From Rotaria socialis (Eukaryota), in assembly GCA_905331295.1 (NCBI GenBank), contig CAJNYD010000074.1, positions 310,001 to 374,000 of the forward strand: a DNA stretch of 64,000 bases. Reading direction: 5' to 3'. This document shows positions 26,001 to 38,000 of this stretch, piece after piece. The notes below the pieces were generated by a model. It was not told where the DNA came from. It searched no databases and saw nothing but the letters and a program-made list of their open reading frames with translations. Both the position numbers and the translations under genes were made by a program. Positions within the stretch are counted from its first letter, which is position 1; each line of letters begins with the position of its first letter.

Positions 26001-29000
26001 GCTTTTGTTGAATTTTTTCATCAAGAATATGTGTTTCACCGGGTCCTTCTTCGCCTTCTTGTTTGTATGTACTTTCGATTACAGGAGACGCAGCATGTTC
26101 CTGCTGTTGTGAAACTAGGATTGGTTCATGCCGATCGTGTTCAGATGTTGTAATATGTTCAATTTTGATCACGTTCGAGCTTAGTAAAAATTCTGGATGA
26201 TATTGTTCAGTTGCATATTTGTGTTCATATTCATCATGTTCTGGTAGATGTTTTGGGTGTGCACTGAGTGCAGAATATTCAGTATTTTCTTTGTCGGAGC
26301 TTAGTTCTGGTTGTTGTGTTTCATCGCTGGGAGTTTGTTGTGAACTTAATGACTGCTCATATTGATTGAAGTGATCTTCTTCTTCTTGGGCGTCGTCTTT
26401 GAATTGCGTTGAATCTGGTATAAGTTCTTCCCAATGCAAAACCTCTTCTAGTTGATCATTGTATTCTGTTTTCGGTTTGTCTTCGACCTGGTTTTCATTT
26501 TGGAGTGTTATTGTTTCTGGATGATACTGTAGTTGAACTGGTTCTTCTATGTGATGTGCATCAGATGAATCGACGATAATGTTTTGTGATTCTAATGCGT
26601 GTTCTTTTTCATGGAGACTGCTTACTAATTCTTTATATAAAGCTTGTGCTTCGTTGTCTGTTGCAATTGTTATTGTGGTAGGTTCTATAATCTTTTCGGT
26701 ACTCCATGTTCGTTCTATTTGATAGGGTTCATTTTCGTCTCTTTGTTCTAAGTCTTCTGGTGGTGTTTTAAGAATTAGCTGATCTTGATACTCATCTGTT
26801 TGTTTACTAGCTTCATCATGTTGAAAGTCATCAGTAACAAATTGTTTCTCAGGTATTTGTGAAGTTTCTTTACTAGAATCAATGCCTGGTCGAACTTGTT
26901 CTTCAGCTGTTTGTTGCGTTGGATCTGATGAATATCTTAAATTTTCAGTTTCTTGGCCAACAACATTTGTACTTTTCTCAAGTTCATCTGTTTTAACTGT
27001 TTCTTCACTTGCTGATTCTTCAATGACCATTGATTCATCCTGTGGCCATCGCTCAGTTTCTTGTCGGGTTAAAATTGTTCGATGTATAAATATTGGTGTT
27101 TGACTACTAAACGGTGATATGGTATCACTTTCTTCGAGTTCAGTTGTTGATCCCGATAAAAGTTGTGTCGATGATACTGGAAATTTTTCAATTTCATGTA
27201 AAATTTCACATTTTGATGATGATGATGATGGATAATTTTCTTGTGTTGTAATAAATGATTCAGCAAGCACTTCTTCATCTTGTTTCAATGGTGTTATCGA
27301 CAATGAAGCAGCATGCATTAAATCACTCATAATACCGTGGAGATTATTAATTCCTGACGACGCTGGTCGTGCAGATTGTGCTGATGGTAACGATGAACGT
27401 TCAACGAACATCGAACGATGTGAATCACCTTCATAGAAAACATCGCTTGATATAAGTGGACTTTCTGGTATAAGCGGTTTATCATATATAGATGTTTCTT
27501 TTGTTTTTTCTTTATGAAATAACCAACGATTTGGATCACCTTCATAGAAACTATTTGCACTTATACGTGCATCTTCCGGTACGAGAGGTGCAACATAAGC
27601 ATGAGGAACTTTCTTTTCTTGAATAGATTTATCACCTTCGAAGAAGACTTCACGTGTTATTATAGGATCTTCGGGTATAAGATGTGAATATGATTTTGGT
27701 GATAATAATTGTCCATCAGGTCCACGTTGAAAATATTCAGCCATTTGTTCTGGTGTCCAATCGATATCCGTAGGAATGGCTCGTTTTGGTGAAATTGCTG
27801 AAGAAATTTCATTCGTTTTAGTTTCTGATTCACTTGTTCTTTTTGCGATTAATCCATCTGATTGTTTGCATTTAATAGCATTGATTATACGGCGTAGTTC
27901 ATTAACATTTTGTTCAAATAAATCAATTAAACTATAGTCTTCTTGTTGATGTAAATGATTACTTAAATTATCGTCTATTGTATGAAATAAATTTTGTAAT
28001 TCATCTAATTCATATTCAATACGTAATTCATCTTGTTTGTTTAAATCAATATCTGATATAATAGTTTTTAAATCATTTATTTTCGTAGATATAGTATTGA
28101 AATTTGTTGATGTTAATTTTGTGGTTTTTAAATAATCAATGATTGAATAGATTTCATCAATTTTATCATCAAATTTTTCAAATCGATCTTCAATAGGTAA
28201 CAGCGATGATGAACGTATAGTTTTTATTTCTGATGTTGACAGTTTATCATCGATTGCAGCTTGTCTATCAAGTTGATTCTCATTTGTTGACTGTTCAATA
28301 ATCGATGATAATTTAACTTCTTCGATTGGTTTTCTCGATAAATCTTGTTTATTTTCTTGTAATCGTCGACTTGTTAACATTTGCTCATCATCTGTATCAC
28401 TATCGGTGAGAAATGCTTGATCGAATGCTTTCGGTAATTTAACAGTTGCACGTTTCATAACAGGTGATGAAAATTTATTTAAATGTGTTTGAGCTTCAGA
28501 CATCGGAATTGGTTGCGCTATCCAATATGAATTTTTAGTTTTAACAAGTAAATATGGACTCTTTGGTGTTTGCGCATCGTAATGTATTTCAACTGATTCC
28601 GGTATGTCTGGTGATGCTTCAATCATGGGTGATGTTTGACTTGCTAATGAATGTTGAAATAAATTAACTTTTGATATATCAAATGGTGATGTTGCGATAT
28701 CAACTTTATGACGTGGTTCAAATTGTCCTTTAAGCGATTGAAGGATTGAACCTGTGACAGCTGTAACACCTTCATTGACAGCTAGACGTGAACGTAATAC
28801 TGATAGTTCATGTTCGGCTGTTAATAATTCGGACTGCAATAATGGTGATTCATTTTCAAGAAGATTTGTTATATTTTGTTCGAATGTTAATTTATTTGGT
28901 AATGGTAAACGACGTTGATGTGTTGGCGTTTCTATATTAATATCAGAATCATTTCTATGATGTTGTTCACTTAATATTGATTTTTCTTCATGACTAGTGG

Positions 29001-32000
29001 ATTTTTTTAATAGAATATCATTGGATTGACTTGTCGTCGATGGTGAAATATTAGATTCTTTTTTAGTAGTCATATGAGAAGAAGAAAAGGAAGAAATATT
29101 AGTAGAAGGAGAAGTAGGAGAAATTAGTAATGATGATGGTTGTGGTAATGATGATGGTAATGGTGATGGCTCTTCTCCTTTGCCAGCAATAGTAACTACA
29201 AACAATAGAAAATAAGGAAAAAAAACGAGAGATGTTGTAGCGTATGCTTAGGAATCACTTCGTTCCATTTGATTCTGCTGCTTATTCTCTTTGAAAATGT
29301 GGATTGCAAAAAAAATGAAAAATGAAAAAGAAACCTAATAGAAAAATAAATCTTAAAAAATGTAACACGTTATTGTACCTGTTTATGAAATGTAACTCTC
29401 ATCATATATGTACTACATGTATCTATATATACATACACAGATAGAAAAAAAAACATAAAAAGATGTTCTCCATAATGGATAGTAGGGGTGTATGTGATAC
29501 GATTTTCTCTGTTGTGAAACGAGAAAGAGGCAAAGATACAGCTTTATTTTATTATCATGCGAAGATATAAATAGAGAAGAGAAATCCTAAAAGACAATTA
29601 GACAAACGTTCTGTCCATTGATTATCATTTATATGTGAATTTTCGAGTTTCTTCTATTTTTTTAAACATCTATTATTTACCAGCATTCAATAGCTGTTGT
29701 TATTCAATGATTGGCAAAGAAGAAGATTAAAAAACCTCTCAATCAATGTGTAGTTTAACACAACAATAGAAAATGAAGCGATGACAGAAGTAATAATCAA
29801 CAACATCCGCTAAGATGAAGAAAAGGATTGGCGGAACATGCGAAAAACAACGTAGCAGCTATTTTAAAAAGAAAACCGTATCACTTGCACATATCCAGTA
29901 TAGAGTATGTTTATTCAAAAATGTACGTATATATGTATACATCCAAAAATAATGCAAAAGAAGTGAATGCAAAAATCAATGAGAAATAGAAAAGGACTAG
30001 TTAGCAATCATGCGTTTTTGTTTCTCAAAAAAAAGGTATCTTGTAGCTACATGCTTTTTATAGAATAATAATAATAAAAACAATGATAATCCCATTCTCA
30101 AAATTCATGCTATTATCTTATTGCTTACATTATTGATCTCTCGATTAATATTGAACTAGAAAAATTAATTTATATTGATCAAAATTTGAGCAATTTTCTA
30201 GGATTTTAACATGCATATTAACTACTAATACTAATCGAATGAGCAGCAGCATCAACACCATTGTTAAGAAAAATAAAAAATCTACTTGCTTACCTTCTTT
30301 ATTCACATCGGTTGATATTGGTTCGCTACCACTAATATTAGTTTCGTGAGGGTCTAAACAAAAATAAAAAAAGGAAAAATTATAGATTTTTAATCAATAA
30401 ATAGTTTCGATCGTTTTTTTAAATTCTTTGAAAATAAAATAAAAAATGAAAATTTATTTTCATGCGCACACATTTTGATAGATTTTTTAACATGCGTGTA
30501 CGCAAACCTTGATGATGAAGATTATGATTGTATTGTTCAAGGACGTCATTTAAAAATGACATATCGTATTCATCAGTCGGCTCACTATTGTCTTCGACAA
30601 CTTCGATTATAGGCGGTGATGCTATATTATATATAGATAAAATAGAGAGATAGAGAGAGAATACATAATGTTTTTAGTTTTGTTATTATAATAAGTTTTA
30701 TGAATATAAAATAAAATAAGCATTGGTGTAGTCATGCCGATTCGCACAAGGCAAAATAAAAATGAAAACCAAGGAAATGCATGGCATGCCGGATAAATGA
30801 ATATATGTGTTCGTGCTTATTCATTTGCATGTGATGCGATGCGATTCTACCTTTAGATAAATGCAATGGATTGGCAAATGCTAGTATCGGTGTTTCAACG
30901 TCATATGATTCAACAAGATCTTCATCGCTTATATACGAATTTGCACTTTGAGCTACTGATTCTGCACCAGTCGTAATGTCAGTACGTAATTTATTACTTA
31001 TAGTAGATGATGATGTTAGACTATCTATACTTTCATCAATGGTCGACAATGATGTAGTAGTAGTTATCGGAATTGTTGGTATGAATTCGGAAGATGTTAA
31101 AGATGTTGTAGGAAATGCTGATGGTTGCTGCGTGTCATCATCTAGACTTCCGTATGAACCATGTAAATTATCATAATCTGATAATAGTGAACGTGCCGGT
31201 GTTGCACAGCCAGTATTTAATTGTTGTAATACTGCTATATCCGAAAGATTTGTATCATTTGAATCAACACTACTCTCCTTACTGCTCGATTGTAAAAATT
31301 TCGAACGATCCGATGCTATACTACTATTTGGCATTAATGTTGACGAACTATTTAAGTGATCTTCATCATCAGAATTCGTATTCGTATTCGTTGCTAATAC
31401 TGATGATAGTTCGGGCTGTGCTGGACTAATAACGGTGACATTGGTTGTTATTTTTGGTGCTTGCTTTGTTGTCACTAAATCGAGCAATGGTGTTATTGTT
31501 TTTGCGATATTAAAATCTGAATCAAGTGAAACAAGCATTAGTGGACGAGTTGTCGATTGAGTAGGTGCCGGATGTGTTGTTGCTATCGATTGCAATAATG
31601 TTGGGGAGTTGTCACGAAATGTATTATTTATTGTTCCCGATTCTGTGCCTAATTTCTCAAGTAAATCTTGTCGATCATTATTTATAATTGTACTAAGATT
31701 TTTTAATTTATCTTGTTTTATAAATTCTTTTTCAACATCTCCGAATATATCATCGGTTAGACTATTTGCTAATTGCGTTATTTCAATAGGAGTAAAATTA
31801 TCATTGGATATCATCTCAGTAGATTCATCTATAGATGAAAGTACATGATCGTTTGATGGTGAAGGCATTGGCGATGATGAATTTATTGTTAAAGGTTCAT
31901 CAATAGTTTTTGTTATTACTGGTGATTCTGTATTTAAAATTACTCGTTTTGGATCAACCGTAAATGTATTAATAGTTTCAGTTATGTTATTTAAATTTTC

Positions 32001-35000
32001 ATCGTCAAGTTCGTTGACACTTGATAATTGTTGAATATGGACTGTCGGTGGTGATGGTTGTGATATTTGTCGTAGAATATTCATATCATTATCATTATCT
32101 GGTATGATACCGAATGTATCAACTAGATTTAAAACTTTTTTAACGGCATTATCTGTTTGTTGTATTAAACCATCATCCTCTGCATTACTATATAACGAAA
32201 AATGTCTAGGTGGTTTCGTAGGAGGTGAACTTATTTCAATCGATGACGATGAAGGAGATTCATCGTTATGACGCGGTGGTTTAGTGGGTGGTGGTGTTAA
32301 CGCAGTAGGACTTGCTGATTCAAGTGAATCGGCAGATATTTCATTTATAAGATTATCTGAATTATCGATAACACTTGAAGGCGTATTCAATAACGGCTGT
32401 GTCAATTGTTGTTCATTTGTATTCGTATCGACAGATTTTGATTTTTTTGTTGCCATACTCTTTTTTAATGGCTTAACAACGGCATGTTTAAGTGCATGTG
32501 CCAATGCACGTGCTTGTTCGGGTATTATTTTCGATTTTGTTAAACGCTCACCTACAGTTGATACTGGTTGAGATGATGAAATAGCACGTGTAGGTGCTGG
32601 AAAAAAGTTTTAGGCAAAAAAAACGAAATTATTAAACGGAATACAACATTGAAACGTTATTTCTCTCTCTCTTTTCTTTTCTTTTTATACTTACGAATTT
32701 CATCAAGCACTGGAGCAATTTGTTCAACTGTTGTAATTGTAACGGATTGTTGTGCTTGTTGATGTAAAACTTCTTCTAATTTATTTAAGTCAACTTTAAC
32801 TGGAGGAACATATGTTTCTTGAATAATTGTTTCTACAATCGATGAGGTTTTCTTTGATGGTATGTAACTATCGAAGTCTATTGGTGTTGTTTCTTTAGCA
32901 ATATTGACAATACCAAAATCATCTCGTTTTGGTATGTATTTTCTTGTTCCGTAGTCTTAAAATAAGAAAAACAGCAGTCAATAATATTTCTGTAAATTCA
33001 TAAACAAATCATAATGAATTCTTAGCGCATCCGCTGTGGGATTAAAATATGGAAAACTTCCATGCGTTTGTTATGCAGCCTTATTATACTAATAGAAAAT
33101 AAGTCAAGTACAAAATCTCCAGGAGACTAGTATTATTTTTCAAGGGTAATAGATAACTAGAAAAAGCATTTATCAGATTTATTTTCACTGCTCTTATTAC
33201 CCTTTACTGATTTTTTTGCACTTTCACTTGTTTCTTTTTTAATTTTGCCATTATTATTATTTATTTCACTGATGAACAACCTTCTTTGTTATATCTGCAA
33301 TAACTTCTCAACATACTATCAACTATATTGATACGTTCATTGTATACTTATCGAATTTAACTTGTAAGAAATTTATAAATCTATAAAAGGATGGATAGAT
33401 TCTAGAAAATTCAACCCATAACCATAGTTATATTTTCATAATTGAGTTTCATGCTGAATAAATCTTATTAACCAAAACAAAAATTCTCATAGGCCACTCA
33501 CAATATTATGATTATTATTCCTTGAACGTTTTAAGAAAAATAATTTTCATATTTTCCATGAAAGCTATACAACCAACTCGTGTACAATTTTATTGACTAG
33601 CTTTCAATGAAAAAAAAAAACGAACTGTTACATTGATAAATGCTAAGTATATTACTATTATTAGATTTTTCGTACTCGAATAAGCAATCACTAATTTAGA
33701 AGATGATCTATGTGAAAGTTTTTTTCTCATTGAATATTCATTGATTCACATAAACAAGAAGAACATCGGAATAGAAAAGCTTCGTCTTCTTATAATTAAA
33801 TTTTTTCATTCAGAACCATAGTTTTTCTTTTTATCTCTCATGAGACAAACTGCTGCGTAGACTAATATTATGAACATATAAATAGAATATTTCTAACTGA
33901 TTCAATAACATATAATTCTAATCTTACCCGTTGGTGTTTTTCGTCCTTCGCCAATGTCTGTACTTCGTTGTTTTGTTAATGAATCATCGTGATCAACTAA
34001 AAGACATAGATGCAAAAATATAAATATAAAGATAGCCAATAGAGTTTCATAAGAATAAAATAAGATCACCACAACATAAACATTATTCATGCTCAATCTA
34101 AAGCACATCACGCAAACAATAAAAACCTTTATCACGTGTTAGTCTATTCAATTTTTCTCTTAAACTTTCAAGATGTATCATTTCGAATGGATGTGAATAG
34201 CAACTTAACGGCGTTATTGATCCTGAATAAGTCTGAGGATTATAGATTGAATAATAACCACCGTATCGTGACGCTGGTGTTGGTGCTTTACTGGTATCAA
34301 CATAATGTAAAGGAGCATCACGTTCACCTTTAAAAATATACATATACATATATACAAAACAACATTGATAACACAATAATAACATCAACAACGAGGATTA
34401 TATTTTCTACGAGACAAAAGCCTGACAACATGTATTTTATGAACCTATTCGTTTATCATGAATTCTTGTGTTTATTATTGTATCCGCACTCGATGTCGAT
34501 GATGATGATGGAAGAAATTCTTTTGAAATATCTCGTTTAACCATTTTTAATGGTTCTAATTGTTTAAATTGTGGAGTTACATTTTGCTGTGACGAGAGCT
34601 TGTCAAGTTTATTTTCTCCTAATTCATCTTCATTTGTTTCTTCGAGTGTTATACTCTTTATTATTGTTCCGGTTCGACTCGAATCATTAATTATGAGATC
34701 TTTAGTTTAAGATTAAAAGAAAATATTTTTCAATTAGTATAAGAAAATCTTATAAAAATAATTTCAGAGATCTTTCTTTCTTTCTTTCTTTTTTGATTTT
34801 ACTTACTAGATCTTCCATGGCGACGTCTTTCATATTCATCATCGCTTTCAAAACCTTCATCTAACTGTATAAAAAAATGAAGAATAGATTTGCGGGAAAA
34901 TAATAAATAATCAAAAATACATACACGACGTCCACCAACTACGGTTCCCTCCATACTACCACCACGACTACTTAGTCGTGCTTTTGCTACTTCTTTTTCT

Positions 35001-38000
35001 GCTGCATCCGTAACCCATTCGATATTGAATACACAATTATGAACAATATTTTCTTTGCCAATCTTACGTAAGGCTTGTTGTAGGCAATTTCCTAAAAAGA
35101 AAATAGAAAGCAACTTTCGATTTTTGTTACAATAAAATAAAGGCTTTCTAACAGTTTTTAACCCGAAGGGAGTCTTTCACCTATTAGAGATGATGCATCA
35201 ACACATGTTTTGACGAATAGCTATTATCTATCTTGATATATGACATAACTCAAAACAATAATACAGATACTAGATATAGTAGAGTTGATTCCGACGTCAA
35301 AGTCTTTACCATTGGACATGATATCTTTAATGATAGTAGTGTGACACTTCCGTCGAATGTCATACTGTGATGATTCATATGTTCTACATAGAAATGTACT
35401 CGGTTGGCTCCGACCGTGACCGTGTCTTTTCTAATTGATTGACAACCACTCGTGTGTCTGAGATGTGTACGAAGAAGAACTTTACCTGTTGCGTCACGTC
35501 CACGTGATTTAAGCCAATATCGTAACATATGTAGAGCAGCATTTTCTCCGTGTTCATCCATTAATTTAGTGACTTCTTCTTCGGTTAATTCAAGTTCAGC
35601 AGCAAGTACTGGCCAATCGGCGCCTAATAATCGTGCAATATCAGTTAAACGAATTTCACCTTTTCGATACATATCATCAGATTTCCAACCTAGAAGAAAA
35701 ATAATATTTTTCTCGCATATCAATTTTATTTTATTTCTTACTGTCTAAACGAAAATCTCGATCAGTTGCATGAAGAGCTCGAAGACGTTCTTCATTCTAA
35801 ATAAAATTCAATCACATAAAGCAAAAACAAAGCTTAAAATAAAAGATATCTTACCTCCAATGAATCCTAATTAGAGAGAGGAAAAGAAGAAATAATATTA
35901 TTTTAGTATTTAAAAAATTCTTTTTTTTTCTTACTCTATCATATGTTGGTAAAACAATATTCAGATTACAAATAGCTTGTAATAATTGCGGATCAATCAT
36001 TGAATTTGATGGTAGATTATTTCCATTTGTCATTGTAATAGATACTCTTCTTGACATGGCTGTTAATCTTCCATTATCTTTTGAAAATATTAAACGTCCT
36101 GTCGCATCTTGTTGATAATCACGTATACGAACAATACAAGGTAGACGATTTTCTCGAAATGCTCGAAATGTAAATGTTAATTGCTCATTTGTTTTTACAA
36201 TTGCTTGTAAATTATTCGATTGTAAATCCAAATAAATTGTATTTCCATTGATAACTTCAACTTCTTTTGATTTAGCTATTTCAATAAAATGTTCTTGCAT
36301 TTCCAATGTTTTATTTTCTTTATCATCTGTTATACAGAATACACGAACAAGCGATTCATTTGGATCGTTTCGTTTAGCAAATACAACAAAACGTGACATA
36401 TATGGTACTGATGTTGCTTCACGGTATACATCATGTGCTAGTTTCAACACATCTGATACACCTTGAGCATCGATTAACCAGAATCTGTAAAATAGGAGTA
36501 AATATTTTAATTCTTCTCTAGGTATTTTATTTTCAGTTTCGGCAAACTCAACATGTTGTCTTATAGAGTACTAAGTCTTAGTATAGAATTATGTTTCAAT
36601 TCCTTATGGATTATTAAAAGCAAGAAAGAAAAAATTGACCTTGAATGATAGAGATGTACCCAGGAAAAGGACATCTATTGATGAGAACTAAATCAAGCTT
36701 GAAATGTTAAAGAGTATCAATGAACTGTTCTCGCAGAACATTTATCTATTATCGAATCTGGATACATAGTCAATATCACAGATGATGAAAATGTTATATC
36801 ATATTTATCTAGTTCCGCCACAAAAAGTTTAATAGATTCTTCGTTATTAATAAAGACAAAAATTTATCCTTGCAAAAGTATGAATTAATATAGAAAAGTC
36901 TTCAAAAAAGATATTTCCATTTTTCATTCATCAGATTAACTAAATACATCTCGATAAGACCTTTACTCAAATGAACTTAGTTAGATAACATCGAAAAATA
37001 TGATTCGAAAATCAGTATACTTGACATTTCATGTAAATCTTTTTGATAAAAATTATCTATATATACAACATTTAACTATACTGATTTTTTTACCTAGCTG
37101 AAACTGTTGTTGTAAATGTAGCACAATCATTTGAAAATGTTAACGGCGTATGTCCCGTAATATCATCGAATTGAGCCGGATGTGTACCGCCCGTAATACT
37201 ACATAGTAAACGAAGTGTTTGAGAGTCACTTGTATATGCAGCTGCTTGTTGTTGGGTTTCTCGGTGATGAGCTTGTTTTGTAGGTGGTGTTGCTTTAGTT
37301 GGCAACGGAATTGTCAATGTAATGGGCTTATGAAATTTTCGTCGGCGCGGTTCAACTGTTACAATTGGACTGACATTAACACGTGTTCCATAGGAACGTT
37401 GAATAAGTTGTGATGGTATCGGCAAAACATGAAGGGATATACGAATACGTTTTTGTAATGCTTTTTCTGGTACATGAGCTTGAACTTTTGGAATTATAGT
37501 TGATGTTAATAAACCACCTTGTTCGTCGATAAAAATTGCTTCTTGACGTGAGCGAGTTATCAATGCAAAGAAACGCGGGAAATCGTTCGTTATTATACGT
37601 GTTATTCGACGTGAATGAAGCTCTTCGAGATTTTCGAGTTCTAATACAAAAGAAAATAAAAACAAATTAAATTTCTTAATAAAAGTAAAAAACAAACGAA
37701 AAATGCTTACCTTCAGTATCAACAGTATCACCAAGAATGTCACGCACAGCGTCATCCGTTGTTGGACTTGCATGTTCTGTCCATTTTTCACCATTATCGC
37801 TGCGTAGAACGATGATTTCTCGTTCATGATTTCGTAGCGAAGCAAAATGAGGAATTTCAAGAATAACAGGTCTAAAAAATAATTATATTTATGTAAAACT
37901 CTTCTAGGAAAACAATCTATTTTATCTTTATTATTTCTCTTGTTCGATTATATTGATATGAAATATTACGAAGTTGTAGTCTAAAGCAATCTTATGCTCT

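Noticed and set aside
22350..26200. CRISPR-like or satellite array
   Set aside because: No repeat-spacer structure; the units are in-frame protein-coding.
12882..32571. Many plus-strand and alternate-frame ORFs overlapping the giant exons
   Set aside because: Antisense or frame shadows of biased, repetitive coding sequence with no recognisable domains.
35250..35484. In-frame read-through extension of the death-domain exon
   Set aside because: It lies after a good donor, and the death domain resumes at 35091, so it was treated as intron.
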